NCBI GenBank assembly: GCA_037481815.1
Contig: JBBFKX010000001.1
Coordinates: forward strand, 256,001-320,000
From: a candidate division WOR-3 bacterium
GTDB taxonomy: Bacteria; Hydrothermota; 32-111
Direction of reading: 5' to 3'
DNA: 64,000 nt
In this document: positions 60,156 to 64,000 of the stretch, one piece after another
Numbering within the stretch: position 1 is the stretch's first letter
Layout: every line of letters begins with the position of its first letter
Notes under the pieces: generated by a model
What the model was told of the DNA's origin: nothing
Databases searched by the model: none
The model's input: only the letters and a program-made list of their open reading frames with translations
Made by a program: the position numbers and the translations under genes

Positions 60156-63100
60156 CTTATAACTCCGAAATTAAAATTTCTATAAAGAGTTCTCTCTCCA
60201 TCAGTAAGCATTAATCTGAGTTTATAAAAACCGGGAGCAAGATAGTCGAAAGAAAGATCAACTTCATTAACTCCTAATTTTGCTTTGTATTTTGGTGATG
60301 AATATTTTAAAGTTTTACTTTGATCGAATACCATAAACGAATATTCTTTAGCTGATTGAGTTGAAAATCTTAACTTTATTTTACCATTTGTTGGATTCGG
60401 ATACATATAATTGTTTCCATCTTCAACCAAAAGTAAATCACCTGATACTTTATTCGATGAATATTTAAAATACCTGTTATTTGAATTAGAGTAATGCAAA
60501 CCGTTCCAATTTTTACCATTAATTTTGGATTTTAACTCAAAGGCAATAATTGTCGAATCAGCGCAGGCAACAATGTCAACAAGCGAATCGTTATCAATAT
60601 CACAAACAAGAGGTGTTGAATTTGAATATTGACCTGTTGACAAAGGAAATCCTGGTGTTGGATTTTTATTTGAATACGAAACAAGGAGTCCATTTTTTGT
60701 ATGAACAAGAATCTCATTTATACCATCATCGTCAAGGTCAACAGATAAGGGAGAAGATTGGATTTCTTCTGAAAATCTTTTTGGGAAACCGTTTACAATG
60801 TTTCCGTTAAAATCAAGAAGGTATAGATTTTTTTGTGCTATAAGCGCGATTTCAAAAAGTCCATCGTTGTTATAATCTATCGGAACAGGAGAAGAATAAA
60901 AGTTTTCAAACGGAAGTTTTTTTGTACTTTTTACCTCTCCAGAAAGTGAAGAAATCACAAAGAAAGTTCCATCACCTCTTACAAAAACGATTTCAACTAT
61001 TGAATCTCCATCAACATCGATAGCAACAGGTGATGAAGTTGTTGGGTATGGATATTCAGTTTTTGAATAGTAGAGTTCGTTCAGATCAAAATCAAAAAAT
61101 CTTACAACACCATCAAATCCAAGAGTTACTATTCTGTCATCAAGAACTATGGGTAAAGACCATGATGAGGAGTTTAGATATGTTGAATCTTTTTTATAAA
61201 AACCTGATAAAGAATCAAAATCGAGTAGATAAAGAAACATGTTTTCAGAAGTGATTAAAACTTCTTCAAAACTATCCTTATCTATATCATAAAGTACAGG
61301 TGAAGAAACAATTTTACCATCAAGATTAACGGGTGAGTTTTTTAAGGGCAGGAAATATCCTGCTGGATTAAGAGTATCGGTTCTAAGAAGGTGAACATTC
61401 CCATCATAGTCGGTAAACGATATTTCATCACCACCACTATTTGCAACATTTCCAACTGCAATGGTTGAATAGGAAAAAGAGTTAACATTGAAATTCCCAA
61501 CGATACCAGTCGAACCGGAAAGTGGTTTCCCCTCTTTATCTATTGCATACAACTCTCCATTTTCAGTTTGAACGATTATATAATACTTCCCATCTTTTTT
61601 CAAAATTTTTGGACTATTCACATCCGGGGCTGATCTTAGAGCAAATGGATATCCTTGCCTTCTATAATCGAACAGAACTGAAAAAGACATAACCGTGTCA
61701 GAATTCGATATGTTGTAAATATATATATGTGTTTTCCCTGAATTGTTTGCATCAGTATTCGGATATGTCTTAGGGCTAAACTGATTTGACACACCACCTG
61801 ATCTGAAAAGATCCTCATAGGTTCCATAAAATGTCTTATCCCAATCAACAACATCATAGAATGAGAGTTCAAAATCCTGAACTCTGTCGGCTTCTTCCAT
61901 ATCAACACCGAGTACAGGACCAGCATTGATCATATTATAACCTGAATCGTTTGCTATGATCGTTTCGTCTATATGATAAATCGCAAGACCACCTGAATCT
62001 ATTGGACATGGAAGGGATATATCGTAATCGTTGATCTTTACAAGAACTCCATCCTTCCAGACCCTAAAACCATTGGAATCTGGAGTATTCGATAGAGTAT
62101 CCTTTGAAGAATAAGCGAATCTATTTTCGATCAAAAAATATTCATGTGAATTTAATGGGATTTTATAAAATTTGATCGAAGTATCCTCATCTGAACCAAG
62201 ATATTTTATCCTTAAACCTGTTGTATCCTTATAGATCGTTTTCGTCTGATTAAAATAGATCCAGTTTGAATAATCGTTGTTCGGTTTTGTGTTAAATCTA
62301 CTTACACTGTTGTAACCACCCTGGTGTGGTGGGACAAGGCCTGCAAGATTCCAGTTTCCAGTCCCCTGTAAATTCCACCCACCCATCCCCATTCTTCTGT
62401 TTGAGGTATCATACATGTCAAATATCCCGAGTTGATGGGCAAACTCATGAACGAGTCCCCCCTGAATAAAGGCATAACCTCCATCCTGAAACGCTGTTTC
62501 AGAATAGATTACACCATCCTCAAAACTTTTACCACCAACAGTTATCGGTTCACCAAAAATATAAGAAGCTCCTTGAATATAAACAGCAGGTATATCGAAA
62601 GGAGAATCTCCATAGTAATCTGTTTGCCACATACTTCCTGCATGGAACACGATAACAGCATCAAATTTATTAAAATCTATTCCACCAGAGATTTCTGCCT
62701 CTTTTAAAGCATCTCTTAAAAGATAGAACATTCCATATACGATATTCAGTGTATCACCATAAAACTGCATCTGATGTTTTACAGTATAACAATCATGAAG
62801 TCCTTTTGGGTATATTTCAAAATCCACATAGAGTTTACCTCTTGAATCATCAAGATAATAATTTCTCAAAGCTTCCATCTGTCTATAAAAATACAACGAA
62901 TCGTGTGGTGGTTTATAATAGATGTTCATACTCGTATCGATAAGAGTATCACCCCCCTGAACGATCGTATCAACAACATAAATGCTTTCGATTGATCTTC
63001 TCAAATCCATCTTGCCATTACCTGTTGTCAATGATGTGGTGTCCTCGAGAAATTCAACTTTTAAGACAAGAACTCTTATCGTATCCTGACCTTTTTTTTG

Positions 63101-63304
63101 AAAATCAATAATACTTCTTTTTGAAGGTTGAAAAAATATGGGGTTACTTTTCTTTAGATCATAAGTTTTTTTATTTGCTTTAACAAAAAAATCAACATTC
63201 TTTTGAGAATACTTTTTATAAAACTCAATATCATTAAGTTCAAGTGAGTTTAGAAGCGAAAAAAATAAGAAAATCGATAAATAAAGCAAAAAATTCTTTT
63301 TCAA
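60152..63304 (-). CDS. M6 (immune inhibitor A-like) metalloprotease with FG-GAP-like repeats and T9SS-like C-terminal domain
   Basis: Signal peptide, VFHAG, HEFAHQLGIFDMY, EYFLIENR, GLAIYHID, repeated SSP...D.D.DG..EI, C-terminal YPNP...LAPGFY; TTG start after GGAGG. Confidence 0.82.
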   Translation of the reverse strand: MKKNFLLYLSIFLFFSLLNSLELNDIEFYKKYSQKNVDFFVKANKKTYDLKKSNPIFFQPSKRSIIDFQKKGQDTIRVLVLKVEFLEDTTSLTTGNGKMDLRRSIESIYVVDTIVQGGDTLIDTSMNIYYKPPHDSLYFYRQMEALRNYYLDDSRGKLYVDFEIYPKGLHDCYTVKHQMQFYGDTLNIVYGMFYLLRDALKEAEISGGIDFNKFDAVIVFHAGSMWQTDYYGDSPFDIPAVYIQGASYIFGEPITVGGKSFEDGVIYSETAFQDGGYAFIQGGLVHEFAHQLGIFDMYDTSNRRMGMGGWNLQGTGNWNLAGLVPPHQGGYNSVSRFNTKPNNDYSNWIYFNQTKTIYKDTTGLRIKYLGSDEDTSIKFYKIPLNSHEYFLIENRFAYSSKDTLSNTPDSNGFRVWKDGVLVKINDYDISLPCPIDSGGLAIYHIDETIIANDSGYNMINAGPVLGVDMEEADRVQDFELSFYDVVDWDKTFYGTYEDLFRSGGVSNQFSPKTYPNTDANNSGKTHIYIYNISNSDTVMSFSVLFDYRRQGYPFALRSAPDVNSPKILKKDGKYYIIVQTENGELYAIDKEGKPLSGSTGIVGNFNVNSFSYSTIAVGNVANSGGDEISFTDYDGNVHLLRTDTLNPAGYFLPLKNSPVNLDGKIVSSPVLYDIDKDSFEEVLITSENMFLYLLDFDSLSGFYKKDSTYLNSSSWSLPIVLDDRIVTLGFDGVVRFFDFDLNELYYSKTEYPYPTTSSPVAIDVDGDSIVEIVFVRGDGTFFVISSLSGEVKSTKKLPFENFYSSPVPIDYNNDGLFEIALIAQKNLYLLDFNGNIVNGFPKRFSEEIQSSPLSVDLDDDGINEILVHTKNGLLVSYSNKNPTPGFPLSTGQYSNSTPLVCDIDNDSLVDIVACADSTIIAFELKSKINGKNWNGLHYSNSNNRYFKYSSNKVSGDLLLVEDGNNYMYPNPTNGKIKLRFSTQSAKEYSFMVFDQSKTLKYSSPKYKAKLGVNEVDLSFDYLAPGFYKLRLMLTDGERTLYRNFNFGVIR

Positions 63305-63322
63305 AAAACCTCCATTTATATA

Positions 63323-63388
63323 AATATATATTTATAATAGTGATTGTCAATAGAAAGATGTTGACTAATCCATGTAAAAAGGTAAAAT
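63323..63388. promoter_or_regulatory. Divergent promoters of the protease operon (-) and the ArsR-like gene (+)
   Basis: - strand TTGACA-16 bp-TATATT (63350-63323); + strand TTGACT-16 bp-TAAAAT (63361-63388). Confidence 0.6.
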
Positions 63389-63406
63389 CAATGGAAAAAG
63401 AGGAGT

Positions 63407-63772
63407 ATGATGGAAAAACTTATAAAAATTTTTCTCGCTTTATCTGATGAGATAAGTATAAGAACAGTTAAACTTTTAATCAAAAAAATGTGCACTATTT
63501 TTGAACTTTCTGAGATATTTTCCGTAGATGAAAAAGTTTTAAAGGAAAAACTCGATAAACTTATGCAAGTTGGTATCGTTTCAAAAATAAATGATGGCAA
63601 ATATGAAGTTTATTTTGTTAAAAATTCTGGTTCGATTTTTGATAAATATGCAAAAGATATCGTAAACTTGATCGCAGGATATTTCAACTCTGATAAGGTT
63701 ATACTTGATGATTATCAAAAAGCGAGAACCTTAAACAGGGATGAAATTTACAAAAAAAGAAATGGTCAATGA
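63407..63772 (+). CDS. ArsR/SmtB-like winged-helix transcriptional regulator (divergent)
   Basis: KIFLALSD....IRTVKLL....CTIFEL..IF, L.KL...GIV....DGK..VY; SD GAGGAG. Confidence 0.65.
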   Translation: MMEKLIKIFLALSDEISIRTVKLLIKKMCTIFELSEIFSVDEKVLKEKLDKLMQVGIVSKINDGKYEVYFVKNSGSIFDKYAKDIVNLIAGYFNSDKVILDDYQKARTLNRDEIYKKRNGQ

Positions 63773-63999
63773 TTCAAGACAAAATCAACTATTTTCTTTC
63801 TATAAACATTTTCAATCGAATAATAAAGACGGGTAAGATATTTTCTTTGTATTTCCTCATTCTTTTTTTCAGCGAGTTTATAAGCGTTACCTTTTGAGCC
63901 ATTCTGAAATCTTGTCACAAGAGATGAATATATAAAAAGTGTTAAAAAATAATCTCGACTTTTGAAAAATTCTTTTGATAACTCGAACCTGTCAACATA
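63766..63999 (-). CDS. 3' end of a hypothetical protein entering from beyond the window
   Basis: Open frame to the window edge (YVDRFELSKEFF...KIVDFVLNH*), stop at 63766-63768 overlapping the ArsR-like gene end. Confidence 0.45.
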   Translation of the reverse strand, partial: YVDRFELSKEFFKSRDYFLTLFIYSSLVTRFQNGSKGNAYKLAEKKNEEIQRKYLTRLYYSIENVYRKKIVDFVLNH

Positions 64000-64000
64000 A

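Overview
AT-rich bacterial chromosome segment that appears to span the replication terminus. Bases 110-22745 are one run of + strand housekeeping genes (lat-tdh-kbl-proS-rimP-nusA-infB-DUF503-rbfA-nrnA-wecB-purH-patatin-pflX-purL-purQ-PMM/PGM-LOG-acyP-apt-tRNA-Arg-TPR). A 28-bp dif-like XerCD site lies at 22785-22812, and beyond it most genes are on the - strand. Next to dif is an accessory patch: a frameshifted acyltransferase-3 gene, an AttH/CrtC-like lipoprotein gene bracketed by direct copies of a ~30-bp element, and a DnaA-box cluster in front of a YycJ-like hydrolase. Then come oligopeptidase B and an 11-gene Wzx/Wzy glycan locus, with a third, inverted copy of the 30-bp element just upstream of it. 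The rest holds a tRNA-Ala-led envelope operon, rpiB-ptb-mce-mutase, fhs/pckA, and an operon in which two proteases with T9SS-like C-terminal domains (M6, C25) flank a peptidase-propeller-Omp85 protein. Gene content suggests a diderm, peptide/amino-acid-fermenting anaerobe, possibly an FCB-related candidate lineage (inference only). Most notable observations: (1) the 30-bp element at accessory-DNA boundaries; (2) twelve sigma70-like promoters that all fit a 16-bp spacer; (3) enrichment of the Bacteroidota D-(S/T)-(A/I/L/V/M/T) O-glycosylation sequon in exported proteins; (4) an outer-membrane protein gene with a probable non-AUG start and an intrinsic terminator inside its signal-peptide coding region. 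No CRISPR array, rRNA, transposase or integrase was seen. All calls come from reading motifs by eye; no database searches were run.
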